Shown: in pieces, positions 24,203 to 36,500 of the stretch
Layout of the letters: every line of letters starts with the position of its first letter
Position numbering within the stretch: position 1 is the first letter of the stretch
NCBI GenBank assembly: GCA_045837725.1
Contig: JBEWZL010000220.1
Span: 1-64,000 of the forward strand
DNA: 64,000 nt
Source of the DNA: Vermamoeba vermiformis
Lineage: Eukaryota
Direction of reading: 5' to 3'
Position numbers and translations under genes: made by a program
The notes under the pieces: model-generated
The model's database searches: none
What the model saw: only the letters and a program-made list of their open reading frames with translations
What the model was told of the DNA's origin: nothing

Positions 24203-25651
24203 TTACGCAATTCCATGCTTCGCTCGAAGACTGTCCGCGGCAGCTATGATATATTGCACTGCTGCGTCTATTTGTTCTGTTGTAGTCTCGCGACCGGTTG
24301 AGAATCGCACGGTGCCTGAAGCGTACTCACTAGGCACGTGCATGGCTTGCAATACGTGCGAGACTGTCACGTGATCTGAATGACACGCGGCACCGGGACT
24401 GGCAGCGACTTTGTGTGCCAGAAGATGCAACAACTCCGTCGCTGTACGCACATTAGTTTGACACTTTGACACTTTGGATTGAGCTTACCTTTCACTCCCT
24501 TAAAAGAGATGTTCAGAGTGTTGGGTAGTCGATGGTCAGGGTGTCCGTTGACCAACACATCATTGCCATATTTGGATATAAGAGCTGTTTGTAATCGATC
24601 GCGAGTGACTTTCATATCCGCACTGTACACTTGCAAGTTGTTCACTGCCTTCTCGCACGCCTTAGCGAGACCTGTAGTCTGCGATATTAACTGTTAGTGC
24701 TCCCTCGCTGATGTTTGTCACGCCGTACCAGCAAGATGCTCTCAGTGCCGGGACGAATGCCAAACTCGTGTCCTGCGCCGTGTGTCTGCTTCTCAAGTTT
24801 GATGCCGCTGCGAATATACAACGCACCTGTCGTAGAGATGAATACACGGCGAGTCTGTTAGTCCACGCACTGACCTACGCCTTTGGGGCCGTACATCTTC
24901 TGCGAGACAATGGTCAACAAATCCACGGCGAGATCTGTCACATGTACAGGCACCTTGCCAATCGATTGTGCTGCGTCAGTGTGCACGACAATGTCCTTAT
25001 TCACACCCTTGACAGCACGGGCAATATCACCGATTGGTTGAATCACACCGGTCTCGTTATTGGCCTGAAACACAGGATCAGTTGTCTGACTGGACCACGC
25101 CAAATCACACGTACATGCATGATAGTCACGAGTACGGTGTGCGGTGTGAGGGCAGCGAGTACTTGTTGCACCGTGACGCGTCCTTGTTGATCGACGGGCA
25201 GATAAGTTACTCGACATCCTTCTGTCTCCAAGTGTCGACACACCTCTAGCACCGCTGGATGCTCCACATTGGTCGTGATGATGTGATTGCCGCGCGATTT
25301 ATACGCGTGCACAATGCCCTGTGGACTGTCAACTACTGAATTCAATCCCATTGCGACTGAGTACCTTTATCGCTAAGTTATTGGATTCGCTGCCGCCACT
25401 TGCAAATATAATCTCGCGACTGTTCTCCGCGCCGAGTGCTGTGGCAATCAATTGTCGACCTTCTTCGAGGTATTTTTTGGCCTCTAATCCGAATCTAATG
25501 ACAGTTTGGCGTCAGTAGGTAGCACTAATTGAATTACAACTTACGCGTGTGATGAAGAACAATTGCCGTAGTGTGAATATAATAATGGCTCCATTGCTTT
25601 GGCCACTTCATAGTCGATAGGAGTTGTAGCATTATAATCCAGATATATCAT
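24203..25651 (-). CDS. SCLY: Selenocysteine lyase / group I cysteine desulfurase (PLP class V), no presequence
   Basis: MIYLDYNATTP, FASGGSESNN, TNVEHPAV, ANNETG.IQP, HTDAAQ, K.YGPKG, RLPNT, ASPGAACHSD (SCLY-type GAACHS loop), VRFSTGR. Confidence 0.85.
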
Positions 25652-25951
25652 TGTTTGCCGTCTAATTCCGAATTAATATTCCTTATTTTTAAAAAAGTTT
25701 TTTGTTCGAAATTTACTGTATACTCATTAGAAGCGCTTCTTTTTGAGCGCTTGACCATTAAAAATCAAAAGATAAATAATGCGCAAATTTTACAAGCTTA
25801 CGTGACAAAATTGCGCTGTGGTTGAGCTGAAGCGAATGACACGCAAATAAAAATTTGAAAGGCAAAAATCACGAAAATGACACGTGGTTTACACAAATAC
25901 ACTACGACTATTTATCACGAAGCTACAAAATATGGTTAAAAAAGATAACGT

Positions 25952-27535
25952 TTACAAGCCCAACTCTCGCTTCAAGTTATCACGTTCGCTTTGGAAGCTG
26001 ATAACTTCAAGAGCTTGCACGAAGTTTTGACGATCAGTGACCTTGGGGAACAACAACTTCAAGGCTTGCACTTGTTCGGCGGTGAATTTAAGCAACGAGG
26101 CAATGTTCTTGGCATCAGCACTAGAAATTGGAGGCAAGCTGGGGACCTCGCGTTGCAACAGTTCGATTTGCTTGGCAGCGAAAGGCTCGGCTTGAACTTT
26201 TTGAATCAATTGGCTGACGGCAGGATTGGGGCCCTGAGGTTGACCGTATTGACCAGGTTGAGGTTGACCAGGTTGAGGCTGACCGGGTTGGGGTTGACCG
26301 TATTGGCCAGGTTGCGGTTGTCCGTACTGACCAGGTTGACCAGGTTGAGGTTGACCGGGTTGAGGCTGACCGTATTGGCCGGGCTGGGGTTGACCAGGTT
26401 GAGGTTGACCGTATTGGCCTTGAGGTTGTCCTTGAGGCTGGCCAGGTTGACCAAATTGACCCTGAGGTTGTCCAGGTTGGCCAGAGGGTTGACCGTATTG
26501 ACCGGGTTGGGGCTGGCCAGGTTGGCCGAATTGACCTTGCGGTTGTCCGGGCTGACCAGGTTGACCGGGTTGACCAAATTGACCTTGTTGACCGGGTTGT
26601 GGTTGTCCGTATTGACCAGGTTGACCGGGTTGGCCTTGAGGTTGACCATATTGTCCTGGCTGTTGTCCAGGTTGGCCGAATTGACCTTGTTGACCGGGTT
26701 GACCGGATTGACCAAATTGACCAGGTTGCGGTTGTCCGTATTGACCAGGTTGTCCGGGTTGGCCTTGAGGTTGACCAAATTGGCCAGGTTGAGGCTGGCC
26801 AGGTTGGCCGAATTGACCCTGAGGTTGTCCGGGTTGAGGTTGACCAGGCTAAAGTAATCAGTCAGTCACAGGTCTTACTAACAATGTCACACTCACTTGA
26901 TTGTTAAACACAGGTTTGCCAATGAATTGATCGAAGCTGGGACCACCAGGCTGGCCTTGAGGTTGTCCAAATTGACCTTGAGGCTGACCAGGTTGGCCGA
27001 ATTGACCGGGTTGACCAGGCTGACCAAATTGACCTTGAGGTTGACCAGGCTGGCCAAATTGACCGGGTTGACCTTGAGGGAAAGGTTGACCGCCGAAGCC
27101 AGGTTGACCAGGGAAAGGTTGGCCAAAGCCGGGTTGACCAGGTTGTCCTTCAAAGTAAATTTCAGTATTTAAGCGACATCGTCATCGATTTGATACGTTT
27201 AGTAAAAATAATCTGGAATTCGAGCTTTGTAGATCTCAACAAGAAATTGAATAAAAATAAATTAATTTCAAAAATTAGAGTTATCAACTACCTGGGAAGG
27301 GAGATGGGCCAGGAGGGAAAGCACCGGGAGGACCACCTAAATAACATTTTTAAAATTAAAATCAAGTCTTTCAAAAACAGTTTTAGACCGTTTGCTTACC
27401 CATGAAGCCAGGGCCAGGAGGGAAGGGGCCAGGTGCGCCAGGGAATGGAGGTTGACCACCAGGATAGAGGCCAGGAGGTGCAGCGCCGGGAGGGAAGGCA
27501 CCAGGAGGATATCCACCGAACGGATTAGGATACAT
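25952..27535 (-). CDS. Pro/Gly/Gln low-complexity repeat protein with C-terminal DUF4476-like domain
   Basis: [17 protein letters not shown]..., a long (GQP/GQY/GQF)n tract open into LIQKVQAE...[24 protein letters not shown]...FQSER. Internal introns and a 5'-UTR intron (~27539-27597). Confidence 0.8.
26230..27150 (-). repeat. Coding 9-nt-periodic repeat (ggtcaaccN) encoding GQP/GQY/GQF
   Basis: ttgaccagg/ttgaccggg units recur throughout on the + strand. Confidence 0.9.
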
Positions 27536-27825
27536 TGCTAAGCGTCAAGAATTAGAAATCGCGCAATAATTTAGCGAAAGTAATGTATATGGCATACCTG
27601 TGTTTTTTATGTGAGCTTCGTGTTAATTTGAACTTCTGACGGAACCTTTTTTTTTAACCCCGCAGCACGTAAAGCCTTTCCTGCCCGTCAAAATAGTACC
27701 GCAATCATATTCAATACTGCAATAGTACTCCGTGGTGCCTTATTTTAAATTTTTGAAAGGCGAATTGCGATCGGTCTTCGTGGTCGATCCTGTGAGCACA
27801 GCCTCCTTTTTGAATATACATCACA

Positions 27826-30800
27826 ATGAATCCATACAACAGTAACTACGGATACGGCTATGCGCAGTCAAATATTCCCTACGGACAGCCTACAACTGGA
27901 ATTCCAGTCGCCACACCTTCAAGCGTGACTACAGGTACAGAACTCCTTTAACAAAGTAACCAGTATTTTTTTTTTGATGTAAATGATAATTATTTATTTG
28001 CCTGTGCTGTCGATTAGCAAAATAATAATTAGGAAAATAATTTAATATTTTCGTATTTTTACAATAATAGTATTGTTGTCCGGATAATAGTACGCTTTTC
28101 CATTACTACTAAGGCAATTCTCAATCACCACGCACTGACCTCTTATTTCCCGCAGTTGGAGGTGTCTCTTACACGTACAATTCCTACACCTCGCAATTGG
28201 AGCCCTTGACGCCGTCAATCGCGTCTTATCCCTACACAGCCACGCCCAGTACGATGACTGGCTCGTATCTGCCGCACGACACGCACACCTCATCATATGG
28301 CACGCATCACGATCCACTCAGTGCCTCGCACTTGTCGGGCTCATCGCTCTATCCCTCGACCTACGCGCCAACCACCACGTACGGCACGAGCACATCCACT
28401 TATCCGAGCACACCGTCCACGACCAGCTACACTACTCCTTCAGCGCCGTCGTATAATGCGCACACCAGTAGTTACGCGAACACGACGTCGAGTTACACCT
28501 CGCAGAACTATCCCAGCACCACATCCAGTTACGGCTCGAACACCACCTCCAACTACCCCACGACACCTTCGAGCTATTCGAACACCTCATATACACCGAG
28601 CTCATCCTCGACCTACACTCCTGCGAGCTCATCCACTTACACGCCCACGACCTCCACCTACTCGCGTAACACCTGGTACGTACACACCCACGCCCTCGTC
28701 CTCGACTTACACCCCCGCTGCTTCGTCCACGACGAGTTACACGCCGTCGAGTCCTTACGACACGAGCTACACGAGCAGCACTACGAACTACACGGCACCC
28801 ACTACGACCTATCAAGTCACCACGCACAGCGAGACCGCACAGAGTGGCGAGGCCGCACGTCAAGCAGAGCTGTTGAAGCTGATGGAAGAGAAGTTGCGAC
28901 AAGAACAAAAGCTGAAGCAAGACGAACTCGCAGCCAAAGAGCGACTGCTGGCCGAGAAAGAGCGGCAAATCAAAGAGCAAGAACAGCGCGCTGCTCAAGC
29001 CAAGCTCGCTGAAGAAGAGCGTGTCAAGCGCGAGCAGGCCCAAGAACAAGCACGTCGCGAGCAAGAGCGACTCGAACAAGAACGTGCTCGCGAACTGCGC
29101 GCCAAGCAGCAGGCTGAAGAGGAACAACGCGCCCGTGCCGCGAAACAACAAGAGGAAGAGCGACAACGCCGTGCGATGGACGAAGAGATTGCGCGCAAAC
29201 AACGTGAACTGCAAATCAGCGAGCAACAACAGCGCGAGTTGTTGAAGCAGAAAGAGGCAGAGCTGCAAGCACGTGCTCGACAGCTCGAAATTGAGGCACA
29301 ACAACGCGCTGCTGAACTCGCGCGCTTGGAGAAGTTGAAGCAGAGTGAGCGCGAGGCTGAAGAGGAACGAAAGCGCAAGGCAGCCGATGAGGAGCGCAAG
29401 AGACTGCAAGAGCTGCACTTGAAAGAGGCTGAATTGATGCGCAAAGAGACGCAGATCCTCGAACAAGACATGGCACGCAAAGAGGCGCTGTTGAAGCAAG
29501 AGATTGCCAAGAAAAAGCTCGACGAAGAGGCCAAGCGCCGCGAAGACGAATTGAATCGCAAAGAACAAGAGCGACTCGCCGAACTGGCGCGACGAGAGCG
29601 TGAAAAAATGGAAGAATTGGCGCGCAAAGAGAAAGAGCACATGGAAGAGTTGCAGCGCACGGAACAGACGCGCTTGCAACAGTTAGCGCAACAAGAACAA
29701 GCGCGCTTGGCGGAGTTGGAGCGCAAAGAGAAACAACGCCTCGAAGAACTGGCGCGCATTCAGCGTGAGTTGACTGAGAAAGAAGAGGCACTGAAAGCTG
29801 AAGAGAACAAGCGCCAAGACACGCTGCAACAGCTGCGCGTGCAGAGTCAGAAGGTGCAAGAAGAAGAGCGCAAGAAGCTGGCTGAGCTGCAGGAACGCGA
29901 GCAACAGCTGCGCACTCGCGAGACACAGTTGAACGATCAGCAAGTGAAGCAGAGTGCCAGCGCGCAGGACCGCGAGACACAGCTCAAAGTACAAGAACGC
30001 GCTTTGCAAGAGGAGCAGAAGAAGTTGGCTGAACTGCGCGCACAACAAGAAGAGCTGCGCAAGAAAGAGGCGCGTCTGATTGAAGAGCGTGCTGAGAGCG
30101 ACAAGAAGCGCGAGGCCTTGCTATTGGAGAAACAGCGCGTGGACGAGGAGAACAATCGCAAGAAGAGCAATGCTTCGGTCAAGTCCACGCCACGAGCTAC
30201 CAGCGATGAAAATGTCAAACTCAAGACGTGGCAAGAGCGCAGTGACAGTGCAGCAGTGGGTGTGTTGGAAGTGACCATTTATCGTGCGCGCGGACTGAAG
30301 CCACTCAACGGCTCGGGCAGCGATGCCTATGTCGCACTTTCAGTGACACGTGACGGCGAGAAGTCACGATTGGTGAAGACAGATGTCAAGTCCAAGACCG
30401 TCGAGCCTGAGTGGCTGTTCCAAGCTGTGATCAATGTCTACGAGCCCTACAACGAGGAGCTCGAACTGCGCGTGATGCAGCACTGGAAACTGGCCACGAA
30501 CGAGCTGTTGGGACAAAAGACCTGGCCCATCTCGTACTTCGAGACCTCTTACGACCCTGCCAAGAGCAATCCCTGGGTACCTCTCACTGGCACTGGCAAG
30601 CACGTGCAGGGCGAGTTGATGGTGAAGTTCAAGTACACCTCGCTCAAACAGGGCACAATCACTGGCCCCAAGAACTTTGAACACAAAGGTCACATTGGTC
30701 TGTCAGCGGACGGTGGCTTTGAAATCAGAAACATGCCCGCTGAATGGAAACAGCTCTTCAAAAAGGCAGGCATCACTCCGAATGAACTGCGCAATCCCGA

Positions 30801-31797
30801 GAACGCGCGTGTGATGATGGAGGTGAGTCGATGAATGAATTGTACGGAGGTGAGGGACAAGACTGACCGAGTCTATTTTTAGATCATTGCAGGTGTGTGT
30901 GATTCAGACCAAGTGCCCGCAACCCCACCCACAACGCCAGTGGTCGCACAACAAGCCCCGCCTCCACCTCAGCCGACACGTGTCGCCCCTCCAGTCCCAC
31001 CCAAACAAGTTCCCCCGCCACTGCCTCCTAAAAATCCCGTGCTCTCCCCCGAGGCACCTGTCAAACAGCCACCCAAAGTACCGCCGCCTCGTCCTGCAGC
31101 CAAAGTGCCTCCGACTGTTGTTGCGACACCTGTCACTGCTGTTAGTGTTCCCGTGACACCTGTCATTCCCGAGCCTGTCGTCGAGACAAGTGTCAATGTG
31201 CCACCTCAAGTGGTGCCAGTAGAACCCATCGTAGTGGTGACTGAGCAAGTGACACCTGTCATTCCCGAACCTGTCGTTGAGGCAGTAGTGACACCTGTCC
31301 AAGTCGGTGCTCCACCACCACCGCCCCTGCCACCACGTGTCGACGCACCCGCCCCACCACCCCCACCACCCATGGTCGCAGTGAGCAGTGACGGCAGCTC
31401 GTTGACGAATGAGTTGTTGGAGGGCAGCAAGAGACTCAAGTCGACACCTGTCATCGAGCGACCTCCGCAACAAGACTCGCGCTCCTCGTTGTTGGACCAG
31501 ATCCGTGCAGGCAAGCAGTTGAAGAAAGCATCTGACGGAGAACTGCCCAGTACGTATATGCTAGTCGTGTAGTGCGCTGAATGAATATTAATCGTGTTCT
31601 GCAGACATCAAAAACCTCTCGCAACAAGAGTCTGACAACTTGGCTGCAGTGCTCGCGAGGTACGTGAACACAACTAAATGCTCATATATAAGGGTGTCTA
31701 ACAATCATTCACCAGGGCTATGAACGCACGTCGAGTAGACATGAAGGCAGAAGAACACGTGGCTGAAGGCAGCGACAATTGGGACGACTGGGACTGA
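27826..31797 (+). CDS. WASP-family actin nucleation factor: S/T/Y-rich, coiled coil, C2, CRIB, poly-Pro, WH2-C-A (apparent frameshift ~28665)
   Basis: C2 (GVLEVTIYRARGL...SDAYV...KT.VKSKTVEPEW), CRIB (ITGPKNFEHKGHIG...NMPAEWKQLFKKAGI), WH2 (RSSLLDQIRAGKQLKK), central helix (LAAVLARAMNARR), acidic end DNWDDWD*. Confidence 0.88.
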
Positions 31798-31923
31798 GCG
31801 TTGTGTGGTACTAGCTTTGTTTTATATATTCTTTGTTGATGTACAGTAAATGCGAATTGATTTGCAATAACTATTAATATGTACATTGATTTATTCTATT
31901 TACAATAATATTTAAAGCAGCGT

Positions 31924-32558
31924 TTAAGACTTGACGCTGATGGATTTGTCGTTGGGTAACTTCTTGGCTGGTGTGGGCACTAAGAATGGGCCAACTTGAC
32001 GCAAATTTTGTTTGGAGCGAGCAAGAGCTTCGCATCGATGCACTTCACCTTGTCTGTGTCTGTAAAAAGAATTAGTTTGGGGCGCATCTAACATGGCAGC
32101 TAACTTACGTGATACAAAAGTCTTGATTGCAATACGAGCAGTTGATCGGCACTAACATTGAGCTCTTGCAGCCTCTATAAGCACAGCGTTTCTTCTTCGA
32201 CTCCTCTTTACAACCGCGTTCAATGTGTCTGTTCACAACGAGATTCGCATCTTCATTCAGCAAAACGTTTACAGGCTGAGAACAGACGGGGCACACTGTT
32301 GCGCGGCGTTCTGTGTTATTTGTTAGTCAATTTAAATTTTTAAAACAATACTGCTACCTTTTGTTTCGGCTTTCTCGCAATGATGAGATTCATATTGCCG
32401 ATGATCTAAACAGAACGTTTTTGTGCACAAATTGCACTTAAATGGCAGAAAATCTGTATTAAAAATATTAATATCGTTATATTTCCAATATTTAGGCACT
32501 TACCTAACTGTCTGCACTCTTTGAAGTCGCATTGAGCTCCAAGATCAGGAAATTCCAT
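31924..32558 (-). CDS. AN1-type zinc finger protein (ZFAND2/AIRAP-like)
   Basis: MEFPDLGAQC..KECRQLDFLPFKCNLCTKTFCLDHRQYESHHC, CPVC...HIERGC, second AN1 finger C.YRGC...C.YC.QDFCITHR. Confidence 0.92.
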
Positions 32559-33185
32559 TCTTTTTAATAGTTATCGGCTGTAATGTGGTGCACTGGTAGT
32601 TAAAATAATGAAAATAACAGCCCTCGCCGCTTTTCGGTTTTTACGCGTGGTTGATGCGTCATAATTTGTCAGTTCAGAAGTTCAGAATTCTCGACAATTA
32701 GGTGAATGGCACACGTGACGGTGATCGGCTTCTAGATCTGACGTGTCGCCGAGCGGAGTTATTGCCATAATGTGGATTGTAGTATTCATCCAATATTAAT
32801 CGTCCAGGTGCCGCCTCTTGATCAAGGACGAAACCGCTTCTCGATCTAACTGGGGCATATTTGCCCATTGTCATGCGACTCAAATTATTTACAAATATTA
32901 TACTATTCATCTTATTGCTGTCATTATCTTAACTATTATTTCCTGACTTTTCTAGAAGTTGGTTGGATGTGCTTTGTTATAATCGTCGTCGTTTAATAAT
33001 AATGCTGTAAAATAATATATTGCTATAATTATCGTCCTCTCGCTGTTACAACCGTTAGTTTTACGGCAGTATTAATTATTTATTATTGATTATGATATTA
33101 TTTCGGATGCTGTTGATAAATAAAATAAATTAAGGAATTTATTGCAAATATAAAGCGGTAATTTTATACAAGGTTACTTTCCGGT

Positions 33186-33410
33186 TTATAGCGCCACACT
33201 CAGAATGTAAGTGGTTGCGATGGCGATGATCGAGATGACCAAACCAATGCCAATAGAAGCCAACAAGGTCTCGTAGCCAGCAGCAGGGTCTCTGTTGGGC
33301 TTGCCTGCAGTCATCTTGCTGTAGCAGATGTAGCCGAAGATAATACCCAGCGCCAAGAAGGTGGTGGATGCAGCAATGACGTTAGTTGTGCCTGTAACGA
33401 CCGAGCTCAT
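33186..33410 (-). CDS. Small two-transmembrane protein (74 aa), unknown function
   Basis: Intronless ORF with ATG, two hydrophobic helices and GC-richer codons than its AT-rich flanks. Confidence 0.6.
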   Translation of the reverse strand: MSSVVTGTTNVIAASTTFLALGIIFGYICYSKMTAGKPNRDPAAGYETLLASIGIGLVISIIAIATTYILSVAL

Positions 33411-33722
33411 GGTGTATGTGTATTATTATTGATTTGATATGGTGATCCTCGTCTAATAAGCTGCACAAAGAACAATTACAATCGCGCAAGTGTCCAAACA
33501 GAAATTTCTCAAGAAGATCGCGCGATCGGGACATTTTGGAGGAGCACTTGGAGCTTTCCGAAGCGCAAGACGTGACATGGTGTCACTGGCGAATGATACG
33601 CCTTTAAGTGACTTGACAGCGAGAATGTTCTTTGAATCCGCCCAACGAAACATTTTTTTCGATCTTGATTTTAAAAGTGAGCAACAGAGCTCTGTACTAT
33701 TAATATTGTAAATATAATTATA

Positions 33723-34494
33723 ATGGTAAGTACTGCGAGAGATTATGACGACTGAAGACTAACAGAATTCATTATCACAAAGCTACCTTTATCATTACTG
33801 CGGACTTCACAAACAAAACAAATTGTAAGTATTATTTTTATTATTATTATTATTTTACTGCCGCATTTGCAGTAATTTGGTTGCTGGAATCAGATTTAAT
33901 AATATCAAAAAAATAATTAATAATGGCGCACTTTTCTACGGCCTTTCAATTGTGCCCCATAATTACATCATTTTAATATAACTTAATATTTATTGTGAAT
34001 ATTAGCTCGTGGAGTTGAAGAATGGCGAGACATACAACGGGCAATTGGTCAGCTGCGATAATTGGATGAATTTGAATTTAAAGAAAGTTATTTGCACCTC
34101 TCGCGTAAGTAGATACACCAGCCCTATCATACGTGTTCCCAAGACACGTGTACTGACCGTGCGATGACAACAGGAAGGTGATCGGTTTTGGTCGATCCCC
34201 ACGTGCTACGTGCGCGGCAACACGATCAAATACATCAGCATACCCGAAGAGGTCATCGATCAGGTGCAAGAGGAGCGCGAGAAGGCTGCGTCCATGAACA
34301 CCAAGTCACGTGATGGACGCGGTGGACGCGGAGGTCGTGGTGGACAGCGCGGTCGTGGAGGCAATCGCGGGGGCGGAAGAGGACGCGGCGGTGCCAATGT
34401 GTCGCTGTCGGGGGGACAAGGAGACCGTGACGGTGGTCAGCGCGGAGGTCGTGGTGGCAATCGCGGTGGTCGTGGTCGTGGTGGTCAACAGTAA
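33723..34494 (+). CDS. LSM4: U6 snRNA-associated Sm-like protein LSm4
   Basis: M|LPLSLLRT...[22 protein letters not shown]...[17 protein letters not shown] plus RGG tail. The first coding exon is ATG only. Confidence 0.95.
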
Positions 34495-34910
34495 CTCAAC
34501 AATAAATGACGTGCATTCATAGTAGCATTGTTGTTATGATTGGCGGTGATGAGGACTGGCGTGCTCTTGGTTACAAGTGAGGATTGATGGCCCTCGAGGG
34601 GTGACATATTTGCAGGAGGTTGCTTCGAGATATTTGCAGCTCATCCTAGTCCAACACACGCGCAGTACTTCAACGAGCTCAGTATTTTTATTGATAATTG
34701 TGCTGTTATAGCCACTACTCTTATATTTACAGTGCCTCGGTCCAGTTCAAATACGTACGACATGACAGGCTGCAAATGAACTCAATTGCGTTTGCTGCTG
34801 TAGACGCGCTCTCTGTGTGCAAGTCAAAGTGTTAATAAGCAACAACAACTACATACCATGTCCATAGTAATATGATCATGTATACTAATAGTAAGCAACA
34901 CTGCGGCACA

Positions 34911-36211
34911 TTACCTGTCTCTGTCGCGGTCATGCTCGCGTTGTCTGTCGTCGCGTTCTCTCTCGCGGTAACTGCGCTCGCGATCTCGTCTGCGATCTCG
35001 ACTGCGCTCACGTGATCGACTGCGACGTTTGCGGTCACGTGATCGACTTCTGTCACGACGCGAGCGGTCTCGACTGCGACTGCGACGACGATCCGTGTCA
35101 CGTGATCTGCTGCCGCGCGGAGATCGAGAGCGAGATCGACCGTTGCTGACGTCATTGCCGAGCTTCAAGCGCAGCTCTTGCAACTTCTCGCGCGCATTCT
35201 CAAAGCCCACGTGCAACTTGCCCGTGAAGTGATCGGTGAGGCGCTTGTCCGAGTCAGTGATGGAGAGGTACAGCCCACACACTTCACACACGCGCAGCTT
35301 TTGTTGTTGTTGCGACTGAGTGCGCAGCGCTGCAATCACTTCACCGGCCTCACCTTCGGGGATGACTTGCGCCTGGTGGAGAGGAAGTCGTTAGAATAGG
35401 CACGTGACTGGCATGATTGTAACGAGGCAGAGATGTACTCGCGCGGCACTGGTGAGCAGATCCATCGCCCTGTCTAGTTTGGAGAACTTACCTGCTCTTG
35501 CATCTTCTTCTGCTTGAGCTCGTCAATGCGCTTAGTCATCTCGTTGAATTCTTCCAACTTGCCCTCTTCACCGAGCTGATCGGCTTGTTTTTGGAGCTCT
35601 GCAATGTCGCGCTCGACTGGATCGTCTCGGAGCTTTAAAAAATGCATTAGAAGGGCTGTATAAAGTACTTCACTACGCACACGAATTACTTACCTTTTCT
35701 TCTTCTTCAATCGCTTTCTTCTGGCGTTGTTTTTCAATTTTGCGATCGCAATCTCGGACAATTTCTTCCAACTTTCGTAACAACATCTTTTCAAAGCCAT
35801 AGTCTTTATTCTTACGTGCCTCATCATAGCTAGTGATCACTATGTTAATAATAAATTAACAAATAATTTGTATTTACTTACTCGAATTTGATTGGTGCTG
35901 AATGTAGCTTGGGGCACTCACCCATATGATTTTTCTGCATTAAATATTAGTATATTTATTTTTGGTGTAACAACGTCAAGAAATTGCATAGAAGAAGCGA
36001 AACTTTAAAAAATAGTAAAAAATTATTAATAATTTTCTATCGCTAGCAATATGCTTACGGTGGTCTCAAATGCTTCGTAGGGACAGAAGCCAGCTAAGAA
36101 ATATTTGCACACGTCGTCATCCAAAAATCGTTGATGCGTGGAGGACTTAATTTCATCGTTTCTATTCGCACCCATGAGGGCATCGAGCTGCTTGCGAATG
36201 GCGTCGACCAT
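34911..36211 (-). CDS. LUC7: LUC7-like U1 snRNP protein
   Basis: IRKQLDALMGANR, DDDVCKYFLAGFCP, GECPKLH, LRVCEVCG.YLS..D...RL.DHF.GKLH.G, RS/RD tail. The 3' end may be spliced further. Confidence 0.93.
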
Positions 36212-36500
36212 TGTTGGTGACTCGAGAGCTGTGCGTGCGAGCGATGTGAAATATAAATAATGAACTGACACACACGGACAACGACAAATTTGAGACATAA
36301 CACGTGACGAGCTTTGACAGGGGCAGCACCTCACTCAGGGCAGTACTGATGCGCACATTACATTGCTGTACAATATATTGCTGTACAAGATGATTTTAAT
36401 TTACTTCGCCAATCACTATTAACAGTCACAGGGAGCAATGCCCTGGTCACGCAGCACATCCACTGCTGGCCACTGCACCGCCCTGGCTATGTACAGAGCA

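Noticed and set aside
25991-27172. Leu/Thr/Arg-rich + strand ORFs resembling leucine-rich repeats, and N/L/V-rich minus ORFs
   Set aside because: Alternative frames of the GQP repeat. Splice sites and the terminal domain support only the GQP frame.
28432-30278. Long hydrophobic or Ser/Cys-rich minus-strand ORFs
   Set aside because: Antisense of the E/Q/K/R coiled coil.
32670-32696. Possible heat-shock element upstream of the AIRAP-like gene (ttcagaagttcagaattctcga)
   Set aside because: GAA/TTC spacing is mostly 1 nt rather than the canonical 2 nt, too weak to call.
34540-34690. Possible box C/D snoRNA (gtgatga) between LSM4 and LUC7
   Set aside because: No suitably placed D box or terminal stem. 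Probably 3' UTR.
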